Both the position numbers and the translations under genes were made by a program. This document shows, in pieces, positions 37,966 to 51,211 of a stretch of DNA of 64,000 nt. Below the pieces are notes generated by a model that made no database searches, was not told the DNA's origin, and saw only the letters and a program-made list of their open reading frames with translations. This stretch comes from Rhina ancylostomus. Taxonomy: Eukaryota. The stretch lies in contig JARFYF010000001.1 in assembly GCA_030265395.1 (NCBI GenBank), positions 24,591,520-24,655,519 on the forward strand, in the 5' to 3' direction. Numbering within the stretch: position 1 is the first letter of the stretch; the number at the start of each line of letters is the position of its first letter.

Positions 37966-38949
37966 TTGTTTTTTATTATTCCAAAATAAACTTTATTCAT
38001 TATAAAAAAAACAAACTATATACAACAATAAAACAGTGCAAACCTTTGCATTCATGTGTGGATCAATTATTAGTGTTACCTTTTTATATTAAAAAAACAC
38101 AGCACTGATGCCACTCGTGTGGCTCCCTGTGGTGCTACCCCAATCCCATATTTACAATATTTAATGGGCTTCCTCACCTGACCCCACCGTCCCTCTCCAG
38201 TGACAGAAGAACCCTAAACTATAGTCCTTCCCCACTGAGCCCTTGCATTGACTGCACCCAGCTTCAGTGCGTCCCTCAGCACATACTCCTGCAGCCTGGA
38301 ATCTGCCAGTTGGCAGCATTCCCCAACAGATATCTCACAGTGCTGGGAGGCCAACAAGTTTCAGGCAGACCAAAGGGCGTCTTTCACCAATTTGATGACC
38401 TTCCAACAGCAGTTTATGTCCATCTGTGTGTGTCCCCGGGAATAACCCATGGATCAGAGAATCCTCTGTCACGCAGCTGCTGGGGATGAAACGTGACAAG
38501 GACCCTTGCATATTTCGCCACACCCTTCTCGCAAACCCTCAGCCTGCAAAGAGGTGGGTGACCATCTCGTCCCCTGTCCAATCCTCCCGGGGGCAGTGCG
38601 CACTGGGAGTGATGTTTTAACCATGCAGGAAAGATCTGACTGGGAGGGCCCCTCTCACCGCCAGCCAAGCGAGGTCTTGGTGCTTGTTGGTGAGTTCTGA
38701 CGATGAGGCATTCTGCCAGATGGTCTGGACAATCTGCTCAGGGAACCACCCCACAGTATCCACCGAGTCCTTCTGCAGTGTCTGCAGGATGTTCTGTGCT
38801 GACCACTGCCTGATGGACTTGTGGTCAAAGGTGTTGGTCTCGAAAAACTTTTCCATGAAGGACAGGTAATGCGGCAATGTCCAGCTGACTGGGACGTTGT
38901 GTGGCAACAGGGCCAAGCCCATCCTGGGGACAGGTAGAACCTGGCCACG
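37966..38949 (-). mobile_element. 5'-truncated Tx1-like (L1 clade) LINE with A-rich tail and 12-bp TSD
   Basis: ORF 38617..38922(-) QTIWQNASSSELTNKHQDLAWLAVRGALPVRSFLH (zf-RVT-like); T-rich start tttgttttttattattcc; TSD TCATTGGCTGCT at 37954-37965 and 38950-38961. Confidence 0.85.
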
Positions 38950-39237
38950 TCATTGGCTGCTGCTTGATTGATGTGGCTGTTGCTCGTCATTAATGAGCCC
39001 AACCTTTTACATTGTCCAGGTCTTGATGCATGCAGGCTGATACAGCTTTGTTATTTAAGTGATATTAAATGGTGCTCAGTGACATTCAGGAAATCATGAA
39101 CAGCCTAAGTTCTCACCTAATAGTGATAGAAAGGTTATTGTTGAAGTAACTTGGGCTTTGGATACTGTCTTGAGGAATTGCTGCATTGAAATCCTGGCCT
39201 GAGACGACAATCCTACAACTAAACAAAACCATAATAT

Positions 39238-39335
39238 GAAAACAGAAACAGAAAATGGAGGAAACACTCAATAGGTCAGGCCGCATTTGTGAGAAGAGAA
39301 ACAGAGTTGCTGTTTCAGGTTGAAGACCTTCTGTC
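39238..39335 (-). mobile_element. Penelope-like terminal arm (older family)
   Basis: aacagaaaatggaggaaacactcaataggtcaggccgcatttgtgagaagagaaacagagttgctgtttcagg. Confidence 0.55.
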
Positions 39336-41105
39336 GGAGCTACCAAAATCATATTCTTTTGTAGAGCGTCTTCTTCAAGATTCCCATTAAGTTTAGTTTA
39401 ATGGACGCCATGATATGGATTAGTCAATGCTATCCTAATGTTTAGTCCATGGGTTCCACTGTATCTCTGGTTATACCTGTTCAGTTGCAGTTGTGTAACA
39501 ATGGCAATGTAACTTTTGTGTAACTTGTACAATGCGTGCCATAGTGCTCACTATGTCTGAACTCATATCCAGTAACTTAAGCCCCATCAATTTGTGTTGA
39601 ATACAAATGAGTAATGTGGAACATTCTGAAATTAAAGCAATTATATTGCCACCATTGAGATCCACTTAATCTGATTAAAATTCACACTGGGTAAAACAAT
39701 AGAACTGTTAAATTTATCCTGTAAAGTATTAGCATGTGAATACCCAGCCTGCTTGAATGAAGCTCATGTATCCTATTATAATGAATTTGTCAGATTAAAA
39801 GTGTCTTTAAAAAAAAACAGACAAGAGAATATAAATGAATATCTTACATATTTAAAAATAGTATCATGTAACATTATGTCAGGGCAACCAAGCTCACAGC
39901 TATAATACTATAGGTTATAATCACAATTACTAATATAAATTAAAGAAAATAATTTAAATAGAATTTCTGCAAAATGACACTGTCCATGGAAATCTAAGAT
40001 TGGAAAGCTGTGGCTTTTTTGAGAAGGATAGCAAGCTTAGAAAAATAAGACTCATTGTTTCAAAAAAACAAGAAGTTATATTGGGCCAGATCACACTGAC
40101 GGTTACATTTTGCACCTGATTGGATCCATAATAGCAAATTTGATTTGTTTGAACATGCTTTGTTTCAAATGAGATTCTCTGTTTTTTTCAGCCATGGAAA
40201 TGCTCCCAGAATGATGCTAATCAGTCCATTTGGCATGTTTATCCATATACAAAGTAGTTTATCCATGCCATGGAAATACTGGCATTGCGCCAATTCATAG
40301 TCACTCAGCATTATTCCTGTGGCCAACTAACCTGTTGTGACCCTGTGGAACAAATCAAGCTTTAGGCTTCACTATTTTGAGAAGGAGTTATATTCATGAA
40401 CAAGCAATTAGGCTCAGGTGGATGTCCTTGAGGTCCTCTCCTTGGACCATTCTGATGGTCTTTTGACAACTTCCCAGTCAAATGGACAAAGTATTACTAA
40501 ATATACCAGAGTTGATCAGAGCTGGTGTAAAACTAAGAGGCCTAAACCACCTCCAGCAGCTGATCTCACATGATTGAGCTCTGTCCCAGACAGAATGTCA
40601 CATCCAGCAGTCAAACAGGAGTTCAGACCCCCAGTGCATCTTGAATTCTGCATGAATAAGTGCAGAATTCAGGAAAATGCTGACTCATGATGAATGTCTT
40701 GCCATTGGGCCGTGACCAATCAGCCAACAAAACCAAAGCACATTTCAGCCCAGTGTTATCATTTGGCCTTAAGCTTTGAAACCAGGATACTAAAATCATA
40801 TTTGAAAAGTCTAGCAACAGCAGTAACAATTTGTTTTAGAGAAGTCCTATCTGAAGCAAAAAGTCTTAGAATCATTTGTTGTGCAACACTTGTAACTGGT
40901 GCATTATGCTGTACAAACTGACAATTCAACTTCATACCATTGATCTACTTTTCATCATAGTGAAACTATTGTTCACTCCAATGGAAAAAAAATCTATCTC
41001 AATTTCTTGTGCAACAGAGCATTCCAATGAATATTTACAGGTGCCTGTAATTAGGGTTCTTGTAGCATAATCTGGAATGACATTAGTCTCACTTTGTTGA
41101 TACAG

Positions 41106-41210
41106 TTGCACAAATGGAAGAATTGCATCCAGCTGCCTGTCTTGTGATGGATACTGTTACAATGGTGGCACTTGCCAGCTGGGCCCACTCTCTGAAATGC
41201 CCACATGTGT
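41106..41210 (+). CDS. LRP1B: Exon J (105 nt): [35 protein letters not shown]
   Basis: Acceptor gttgatacag|T, donor TGT|gtaagt; phase 2 to 2. Confidence 0.95.
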
Positions 41211-41877
41211 GTAAGTGTATACTCTGTACTTTACACCTATAATAGACATAGCTCTTTCGAACACCTTTGTATCTTAGGATGAGTTGAATGTGCCGATGAA
41301 TAATTTCAGTTCACTTAACTTTTAATGCAGGGGATAAATATTTACCTCTCAAAATGAAGGCAATCGAGGAATTTTATTTTATAAAATATATATTTCAAAA
41401 CATGGGGATATTTTGGATCAGTTGTAGACATTCACATGTTTGCCTGCAGAACAAAATTTACCTAAGCTCAATACAACTTAGTTCAGTGTATAAGCGCCTG
41501 AGGCTTGAGAATGAGTTGTTTGATGTAATATTAATTCCCATATTATTAGAGCAACCAGGCCAGATAATTTAGAAGCAATATAGAAGATGGAGTTCCAATA
41601 ACCTGTGGGATGTGGCCTGATAAGTACTTAAGTATGTCCACTGAAAATATCGGTACTGACTCTATCCAAATCCATAAGATCAAAGAATCCTGTTTTCACC
41701 TGATGGTTAGGGTGAAACCCAAGATACTGAACATTGATTGACTCCGAACAGAGTGGAAGATCCTGTATGCCCCAGGAGACATCTTTCAGATTCACCCATT
41801 TTAAATGCTGCTTCTTCTTCTTTGCACCAGACCACAACTCCAATGTTCTTCCCAAGTGGACAGGCCTTCTTCTATTT

Positions 41878-43210
41878 CACAGAATCATACAGCATAGAAA
41901 CAGGTCATTCCGAATTAACCCCATCCCCCATCACTCAGCACTTGACCCATAGCCACTTTTTTCAGGTTTATGTTAAGGAGGGAGAGATTCAGAGGGATAT
42001 GAAGGGGGACCACCTTCACCCAGAAAGTGGTAAGTACATAGAATGCACTACCTGAGAGAGTTTTATCTAGATCTGATGTGGGAAATTTTCCTGGAGTCTA
42101 CCCTATCTGTACCCCTCATAGTATCAGATACCTAAATCATGTACCTTCTTAACCTCTGTTGCTTGTGGGAAAAAAAGATTTAACTTCTCCAGTCTCTCCT
42201 CATGATTGAACTGCTCCATCCCAAGCAACATTCTGGTGAATCTCTTAGGCACCTTCTCCAGCGCTATCACGTCTTTCTGATAGCATTGTGACCAGAACTG
42301 CATGCTGTGCTTCAGCTGGCATCTGACCAATGTTTTATAAAGTTGGAGCAAAACATCCCTACTTCTGTATTCAGTGCCTTCACGAATGAATCCCTTCATC
42401 CTGTCTGCTTTCCAAATCATATTTTCTACATGGTTTGCCACCTTCATGAATCTATAGTCCAAGGTCACTCTGTTCCTCAGTACTCCCCAGGTCCCAACCT
42501 TTCACGGTGTATGTCCCAGCCTCATCAGTGCTCCCAAACTACNNNNNNNNNNNNNNNNNNNNNNNNNNNNNNNNNNNNNNNNTTTCATTCCATTTCGCCA
42601 AAGCATTGATATCTCTCTGCAGCCGAAAGCTACTTCACAGACAATCAACAACTCTGCCAATCATCGTGACATCTGTGAACTGACTGATCGTGCCTCTCAC
42701 ATTCACAGTCAGGTCATTCATATATATTACCAACAAGAGTCCCAGCACTGATCCGTATGGGACACCACTAGTCACAGGCATTTAATCACAAAAACATCCC
42801 TCTACCATCAGCCTCTGCCTCCTATTGCCAAGCCAATTTTGGATCCAGTTTGCCAACTTGACCTGAATCCTGTGGGCCCTAACCTTTTAAACAGTCTTCT
42901 GTGTGAGACCTTGTCAAAGGTTTTATTAAAATCCATGTATTTCATGACTACTGCCATGCTGCCATTGATACACTTGGTTACCTCTTCAAAGAATTTGATC
43001 AAACTGGTCAGGCAGGATTGGACCTTGACAAAGCCACATTGGCTGCCTTTGATTCGTCACTGCCTTTCCAAGTGATCATTAATCTTCTTCCTCAGCATTA
43101 TTTCCATTATATTCCCTACCACTGAAGTTAGGCTCACAGGTCAATAGTTACCAGGCTTTTCTCTGCTGCCTTTCTTGAAAAGGGGGACCACATTTGCTGC
43201 CCTCCATTCA
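41878..43210 (-). mobile_element. CR1-type LINE, about 1.3 kb, decayed, with an internal inversion
   Basis: ORFs 42124..42468(-) LQLYKTLVRCQL..QFWS..KDVIALEKV, 42808..43002(-) FFEEVTK..YMDFNKTFDKVSH and 43141..(-) WRAANVVPLFKKGSREKPGNY. Confidence 0.88.
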
Positions 43211-45689
43211 TCTGATAGCTCACTCATAATCGGCGAAAATCTCAGCCAGAACCCCAGCAATCTCTTCATTTGCCTTCCACAGCAGTCAAAATGTAAATTG
43301 CCTTTTCCACTGGGAAAGGCAGTGAAATATACAATAAATGATAGAAAAGAATGAGCCACAAGGCTATAACCAAATGGATTTCATATTCATAAAGCATTGC
43401 CCAATGGTTCAGTGCTCCCTTTATGTAATGGGACTGCTTCCAGTGGATTTAATGGTGTAATAAATTATGATCGCTGGTGATATCCTCAGCTCAGAATGGA
43501 ACCCCCACTGCATCAACCACAAGCTTTTACAAGTACAACTGGTTTGTCTACTTGTGGACAAAAATTTGTACTGCTCACATTATTATTTCTTTCTATTTCA
43601 NNNNNNNNNNNNNNNNNNNNNNNNNNNNNNNNNNNNNNNNNNNNNNNNNNNNNNNNNNNNNNNNNNNNNNNNNNNNNNNNNNNNNNNNNNNNNNNNNNNN
43701 TATTATTTCTTTCTATTTCAATTTGAAATGGTTACCTGAGGATTTACAGTGCAGTGCAGTGAATAAATGTTACATGTTGTAGAAGTGTGATAGTTTAAAT
43801 TGGATTCCATTTTCTTTAAGAATGTCTGAAATTAGGATACGTGGCTCACTACAGGCCATGAAGGATTTGATTTTTTGACCATCATTCACAGCATAATGGG
43901 ATTTTATCTTATTGACAAATGGTAAGTGGGTGAGGTAGTGCTGAATCTTTAATTAGACATGAGCAGAATTATTGCAATTTTTCTGATACACCATTCAACT
44001 GCTGTAATCACTAGAACTCATTTTGATACCTATTAATAAGAACATGGGAAATAAGAGCAGCAGTAGGTTCTATGATCCCTAAGCTTGCTCCACTATTCAA
44101 AGGATTGTGGTTGTTCCAGCATAGCCTGAACTTCACTGTCTTGCCTGTTCACTGGAATCTCCTGGAATCCAAAAATTTCTCTAGAAGTTTCAGTGCAGCC
44201 ACTTAGTTGTGGTTAAACCCACTGGGAACAGATGGAGGAAGAGAAGCATTTATTCAAGAACTAATTAACTTGGAGGATAACTTAAATGGGAACATAAAGC
44301 CAAACTTGTAAGAACAATTGCAATAATTTTTTGAAACTGAATGGGAAATGCCAACATTTCACGGTGATAGACATTTTTCATAACAGGAATAGCAGAGAAA
44401 TAAAATCATGAAAATATTTGAGGAGATTTTGAAGGAGAAAATAAAAACAACACAATTTGAATATTTATTTATTAAAGACTCAACTTATTTCTCAGGGGTA
44501 TTCAGTTTGTAATGATCTTCGTTTTCTTTCATTTTCTTTAACTACCAAAAATTTTATCTCCCAAGTGCTTTCAAGTACATACATTGAGTGTTCTAAATCT
44601 GTACAAAGTATCACCCAATTTAATTAGAGTTGAACATTATTAATTATCATAAAAACAAAGAATTGTTCCAGTGCAGAACGAGACTATTTAGCCCAATATG
44701 TCTGTTCTTATCCAAGTGCAATAATCCCATCAGACTCTTTCTCCTGTTCTCTCCCCATCGTTCTGGAATTTATTGTTCCTTAAGTTTTCTTTTTAATTTA
44801 ATCATTTTTTCAGCATGTAGGTGTCACCCATTTATAACAGGAGGCATTTTTATTTATTTCAGGAGTTCATGAATCTTTGAATTTTTCAAGACAGTAGCAG
44901 AAAGCAACTTGCAAAACCATGGGGTAAAAGGTTAGCAGAGGCAGATGGGAACATAGGGTTGAGGTTGCAATCAGATCAGCCAAAATCCTATTAAATGGTA
45001 GAGTTAGCTTGAGAAGCTAAATGGCCTTCTCATGCTGCTACTATGAATGTTTGTATGTTCACAGTTGAATAGCTGATTGGAGAACCTTTGCAATTGCCCT
45101 TGAAAAATATGTTTGATTCAATCCTCACCACTTTACAAACAATAATGTCCCTCTCTTTAGAGGAAATAGTCAGAGAACACAGAAACAGGCCCTTCAGCCC
45201 AACTGGTCCATGCCAACCAAGATTCCCATCTAAACTAATCCCATTTACCCACAATGCCCCTTGTATCCTTTGCCCAAAGTTATATTTTTTCTCTGTTTTG
45301 ATACCATATAGGAAATATTAACAAAATCAAGATTTTAATTGAATTTGGAGCTGTGTCTGTGGAATATTTTCACATTAAATTGTTTTACCCATGGACAGGA
45401 GAGACTTCAAACTTCTTTGAATTAGATGCAATCTTTGTATCAAAAATGCACATGGTATTCCTTGTTATAGCATTGGATTTTAATTTATTTTTGGCCTTGA
45501 CCTGAAAATTTTACAGATTTTGGAACTCTCTGCCATGTTTTTCTGATGTATATATCGGTTACAAATGAGCTTTTTCTGTTCATTGTTTTCATAAACTAAA
45601 TGCTGGGAGATTTTACAATTTGAGTTTAAACTTTGTGAACCCCTTTGCAATTATGAGTTTTTGGTACAGTGCCTTTAAAAAAGAACTTG

Positions 45690-45975
45690 CAGTCATGAAG
45701 AAACTCTCTGCCCACATTTTAAATGACCACTCTATCAATGAATTACTTTTCAATTTCAGCCACAGTTGTTCAAACACAACAGCCAATTTGTGCACATCAA
45801 GGTGTCATGAGTAGAATTAAGGTTACAGATCACTTAGTTTTGGTGATATTTATTGAGGGATAAATGTTGTTTGAAGTACCAAAGACTTCTCTTCCTCAGT
45901 AGGTCTATGAGATTTTTAACATCCATCTGAGGGGCAGGTAGGACCTTTAACATCTCAGAAATAGAGCACCTTTGT
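45690..45975 (-). mobile_element. Decayed DeuSINE (SacSINE1-like)
   Basis: ttgagggataaatgttg...ttttaacatccatctgaggggcagg..tttaacatctcagaaatagagcacct is the antisense Deu domain. Confidence 0.55.
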
Positions 45976-45985
45976 TTGCATCAAG

Positions 45986-47600
45986 AACAGAGAATGCTGA
46001 AAGCACTCAGAAGGTCAAACAGCATGCATTAGTGAGAAAAACAGAAGAGATGTTTCAGGTCAAGAATCATTCACCAGAACTGACAAGTGAGAAGTTGAAC
46101 TTTTTTTTCAGTTGCAAGGGGATGGGGAGAACAGAGGGAAAGACTGACAGGGTGAAGACTGAAGTTATACAAGTAAAAATTATTCTTAAAAAAGTGACAG
46201 TTAGAGACAAGAGAAAAAAGGAACACAGTAGAAACAAGAACTACAGCCACATCTGTGAAGAGACAAAAATGGGTTATATGAAATTATTGAAGTCACTATT
46301 AGGTCCCTCAGGCTACAACATACTCAGATGGAAGGGTCTCTTGAAGAACATTAAGGTGTGTAAGTCCCCAGGGCCTGATGGGACCTATCCCAGGTTATTG
46401 AGAGAGGCAAGAGAGGAGATTGCTGGGGCTTTGACAGTCATCAAAGGATACAACAGATTATAGAACAGTTACAGTTAAGGGTGGAGAAATGGAAGATGGA
46501 GTTTAATCCAGGCAAATGTGAGTTGTTGCACTTTGAGAGGTCAAATGTAAGGGGAAAGTATAGTCAATGGCAGGACCCTTAACATCATTGATCCACAGAT
46601 GTATCTTGGGGTCCAAGTGTATAGCTCCCTGAAAGTGACAACACAAATAGATAGAGTGGTAAAGAAGATGTATGGCATGCTTACCTTAGAGTATAAGCGT
46701 CAGGAAGCCATGTTGCAGTTGTATAAAACTTTGGTTTGGCCACACTTGGGGTATTGCTTGCAGTTCTGGTTTGGAGGATGTGGAGGCTTTGGAGAGGGCT
46801 CACGAGAGATTTACCAGGATGCTGCCTGGATTATTAGCTGTAAGAAGAGGTTGGACATACTTGGGTTGTTTTCTCTGGAGCATCAGAGGCTGAGTGGAGA
46901 CCTGATAGAAGTTTATAAAATTATGAGAGGCATGGATAGAGTAGATAGTCAGAATCTCTTTCCTAGGGTAGAAATGTTGAAAATGAAAAGACATAGCTTT
47001 AAGGTGAGAGAGGGAACATTTAAAGTGGATGTTCAGGGCAAGTTTTTATATATAGAGAATGGTGGGTGCCTGGAACGGGCTACCAGGTGTGGTTGTGGAA
47101 GCAGATATGACAGTAGCAGATGAGAGGCTTTTAGATAGGTACAGGAATATGCAGAGAATGGAGGGATATGGATCACGTGCAGGCAGAAGGAATTAGTTTA
47201 ATTTAGCATCATGCCTGGGACAGGTATTATGGGACAGAGGGTCTGTTCCTGTGCTGTACTGTGCTATGTTCTATGACTATTGCTTGAGTTTATCTTGGGC
47301 ATTATTGGAACAAGGTAACATTTTGAAGATAGAGAGGGAGTGAGATGGAGAAATAAAGGAGCAGGTGACTGGAAATTCAGATTCACCCCTGTTCACTGAA
47401 TAAAGGTGTTCTACAAAGTGGTCTCCCATTATGTGTTTGGTTTCTCCAATGTAAGGAAATTAAATTGTGAGCACTGAATACAATACACTGATTGGAAGAA
47501 GGGCAAATGAATTTCTGCTTCAACTGAAAAGACTGAGTCCCTGGATGATGGCAAGGAAATGCTGCATCTTCAGTGGTTGCAGGGGAAAATATGATGAGAA
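45986..47600 (-). mobile_element. Penelope-like retroelement remnant (GIY-YIG region plus 3' terminal arm), split by a CR1
   Basis: Minus strand 47290-47560 gives SFQLKQKFICPSSN / YCIQCSQ / YIGETKHIMGDHFVEHLYSV (frameshifted GIY-YIG). The ORF end continues at 46275-46334 and the terminal arm is at 45986-46082. Confidence 0.75.
46335..47275 (+). mobile_element. CR1-type LINE with internal deletion of the RT core, inserted into the Penelope element
   Basis: LKNIKVCKSPGPDGTYPRLLREAREEIAGALT jumps at about 46436 to the QLQ..EKWKMEFNPGKCE region; ORF 46599..47123; tail gtgctgtactgtgctatgttctatg. Confidence 0.9.
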
Positions 47601-49069
47601 GAGGAGTGGTTGGCAGCAATGGAAGATTAAACCAGGGAGTCATGGAAGTAATGGGGAGATACCACTTTTCCATCTCCATCATTTCATCATAATCCCAGGG
47701 TATGTCACTGACAAGAGAGACCCACAAGAGGTGACAGTCCAATAGAGTATGGGTAGCAGGAAATGACCCTTAGAGTCCTTAACATTGATTCCAGGCCCCA
47801 TGAAGTCTCCTGACGTCAGTTCAAACACAAGTAAAAATACTTCCTCCTGATTACCTCCCTTAACCGATCAATCAGTGCCCTTCCACTTGGAAAGAGCCAT
47901 GAGAATAGTATTGGCACAAAATGTCTTCTCTATCATAGATTTCAATGCCCATCATCATAAATAGCTCATTGATGCCATTGTTGATTGAGCTTGTTGAATT
48001 CTGAGGGACACAGCTGCCAGAATGACCCTGTGGCAGGAGGTGTGCTAACCAACACTAGGGATAAACATATTTGAACTCATCCTCACCATTCAACATGTGC
48101 ATGCATTTTTCCATAATGGCATTGAATAGGAGTCATAGAATCTTAGAGCATGGAAGCAGGCGCTTCAACCCACCGTGTCCATGCTGGCCATCAGGTACCT
48201 ATCTATACTGACCCTATTTTCCAGCTCTCAATCCATAGCTTTCAACATGAGAGGAAGACCTTTGTGCATTAATTGACTCATGAGTCATAGGCAATTGAAT
48301 TTTCCAGGGATTTGCCATCACAATGAATATTTGTTAGCCTGTCCTGTACTGTTCAAGTAATGCATCTTTCCAGCTGCTGAAGAATTTCTCACCTGATAAT
48401 TCACAGGCAGTGCAAAGTTGCCATCCTGCCAGTATTTCAATTTACAGTCACTGGTATTACAATTCCTTTGCTGATTTTCAGGAGTTATCCAATATAGCCT
48501 ACATTATGTTGTGTTTCTGCAGTAGCTTTGTTCACCTTCAGAAACCTCCATTGATTTTACAACTTAAGCATGAAAGTCAGCAAAGAGCAACAGGCACAAT
48601 ACTGCTTTTTAATTTAGTTGTGAATGGCGCAATTTAAACCATTGGTTTAGTTTGTACGTTTTTAAAATAGGAAGTAAACTGTAACACAAAGTGAACTACT
48701 ATTTATCTTTCCTTATTAAATCTACCTTCCATTGTATTATTGCAAAAGTTTCCACATTTGTAATCATGGTTAACCAGACATATGCAATACTTACCCCATC
48801 CTTTCAACACTGTTACATGATTTTCATCCTTTAGTTTTTTTCTTGCCTCATCCACATGCATCACAATTAAATCATGTCGTTTTTCCAACCACTTAGCTCC
48901 TTTAAACCAAGGTCAGATTCAAAGGCAAGTGTTACTTCTTGCTTTGAGTTCATTTCAGAGATGTACAGCAGGTGAGGGTAGGATGACTGTGAGTGTAGCT
49001 GGAAATAGTTTTAATCTTCAAGAAATGCCAAATGGATTACAAAATGCACATTTCAATTTGGGACTGCGT

Positions 49070-49345
49070 ATCATTCACGTCTTGGAATCAGAAAGTTCGA
49101 CTCTAGCGATTCACACACACAAACTAGCCTAACACTCTGGTGCAGTGCTGAGCGAGTGCTACTATCAAAGATGCACTATTTCAGATGAGTTGTTAGATTT
49201 CAGCCCTCTCTGCTCTCAGGTTATGTCTCAGGTGAACATAAAAATATCAAGCCATTAATTTGAAGAGCAGCATTGTTATACGACCAAGATGGCCAATATT
49301 TATCCCTTATTCAATGTCACTGAAACTTTGTCAATTGTCAATTTT
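49070..49345 (+). mobile_element. DeuSINE (SacSINE1/AmnSINE1-related Deu domain)
   Basis: acactctggtgcagtgctgagcgagtgctactatcaaagatgcactatttcagatgagttgtta...ctctcagg...tggccaatatttatccct. Confidence 0.6.
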
Positions 49346-50666
49346 GTGGTTTAATGTGATACCCACCCATTATTATGCTTAAGAATGAAGGTATTATTTG
49401 CAATCAGCCTTACATGTGTAAATGTACACAAACCCCACCTTTGTAGAATAGTGGTGGAAATCAAGAAGGCCACAAATCATGGAGCAGGGTGTGGTGATGG
49501 GATGGGAAGCATGGGACATGCAGATGGAGTCATAAAGGGAAGAGAAAACATTGGGGAAATGGGGTATTGGTGGTTACATATTGAAGCCAGGTGGTGGTGA
49601 GAGAGGTGGATCAGACATATAATGAGGTGACTGTCCATGCTGGGCAAGGCAGTGCAAGGTTGAAAAAATCATCAGGAGCCCTACTGCAGCTTCAAGCTCC
49701 CTGGCAGCAGACCAGATAAGCCTGTCCCCCTTTACTAATGTTGAAGCAGGGTTCAATTCTCCATTTTATGGAAGACCCAGAAATCTTCAAGCACGTGCAA
49801 CCTGGGCATTAAGGACAGAATTATGTTTTAGGTTAAATTCTTTCATGTACAACACCAGAATGCACAATAGAAAGAATTTCTTGTCACTAACCAGATTATC
49901 ATCAAATTGCTATTTGTGGGAACTAATTGTGTGCAAAACTAGCTGTTATATTTCCTACTTTAGAACCTCAGTAAGTACTTAGTTTCCTATAACAGAGACA
50001 CAGTCTCCAATAGTTTCCAATAATATACTTTGGAAAGTCAAGAGGTCATAAAAGTGTCATGTAAGTAAATGCAAGGTCATTTCATAATGTGAAGAAAGGA
50101 AATATTAAATGCAACAATTATGATTTTGGATGTTTCAAAGGTTTTGCTAGGTTATAAAGGAGCATCTATCATCAACAATGAATAATAATTGTTTATACAT
50201 TAACAGGGTATGAACAAAATATTTCACAAGTCTCTGGGCTTGTTTGGTGCCACTTACACATTTGTATGGTAAAAAAGCCCATGCAATCATATAGGAGCGT
50301 TCTACTAGGGTTGCTTCCCAAAACATTACCATTAAGTCTGTATGACCCATCGGTTGTAAATTTGGTTATGGGATTCCTTTTAGTAATATCTACCTGCACC
50401 CCACACCCACTCCTCCAACCACATTAGCAATGGAGGGAAGGGAAAGGAAAGAATAGTAGACTGTAGGTAACTTGCTTGAAATGCTGAGAAATTAACCAGG
50501 CAGATGGATTCAAATTTTAGTTTATTAAAGGGATTAGAAGAAAGAGGAGGAAAGAATCATTAAGCAATGTTCCACTGTTGGTTTTTATAACAAAATTGTA
50601 AATGCACATACAATTTCAGTACACATCTCCCAAGATTAGATATAAAAACAATAAAATGCAAGAAAT

Positions 50667-51211
50667 AGACTCACAATCAGGTTTGTTATCACTACCATAT
50701 ATTGTGAACTTTGTTGTTTTGTGGCAGCAGTACAGTACAAGACATAAGTCATATAAATAAATAAATACTGCGAAAGAGGAATAACGAGGTAGTTTTCATG
50801 GGTTCATGAACCATTCAGAAGTCTGATGGCAAAGAGGAAGAAGCTGTTCCTGAAATGTTAAGTAAGGGTCTTGAGGCTCCTGTGCCTCCTCCCCAATGGT
50901 AATAATGTGACAAGAGTATGTCCCAGGTGGTGAGGGTCCTTAATGATGGATGTTACCTTCTTGAGGCACCACCTTTTGAAGATGTCCTTGATGGTGGGGA
51001 GGATTGTGCCCATGATGGATCTGGCTGAGTATACCACCCTCTGCAGTCTCTTTCGATCCTGCACATTTAGGCCTCCATACCAGGCAGTGATGCAACCAGT
51101 CAGAATGCTCTCCACTGTACATCTATAGAAATTTGCAAGAGTCTTTGGTGACGTACCGAATTTCCTCAAACTCCTAATGAAGAAGAGCTGCTGGTGTGCC
51201 TTCTTCGTGAT
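50667..51211 (-). mobile_element. Rex1/Babar-type LINE 3' fragment
   Basis: ORF 50858..51229(-) KKAHQQLFFIRSLRKFGTSPKTLANFYRCTVESILTGCITAWYG. Confidence 0.9.

Noticed and set aside
45972-47123. Longest ORFs (163 aa and 174 aa) as a nested gene
   Set aside because: They are chimeric read-through of Penelope and CR1 remnants with frameshifts.
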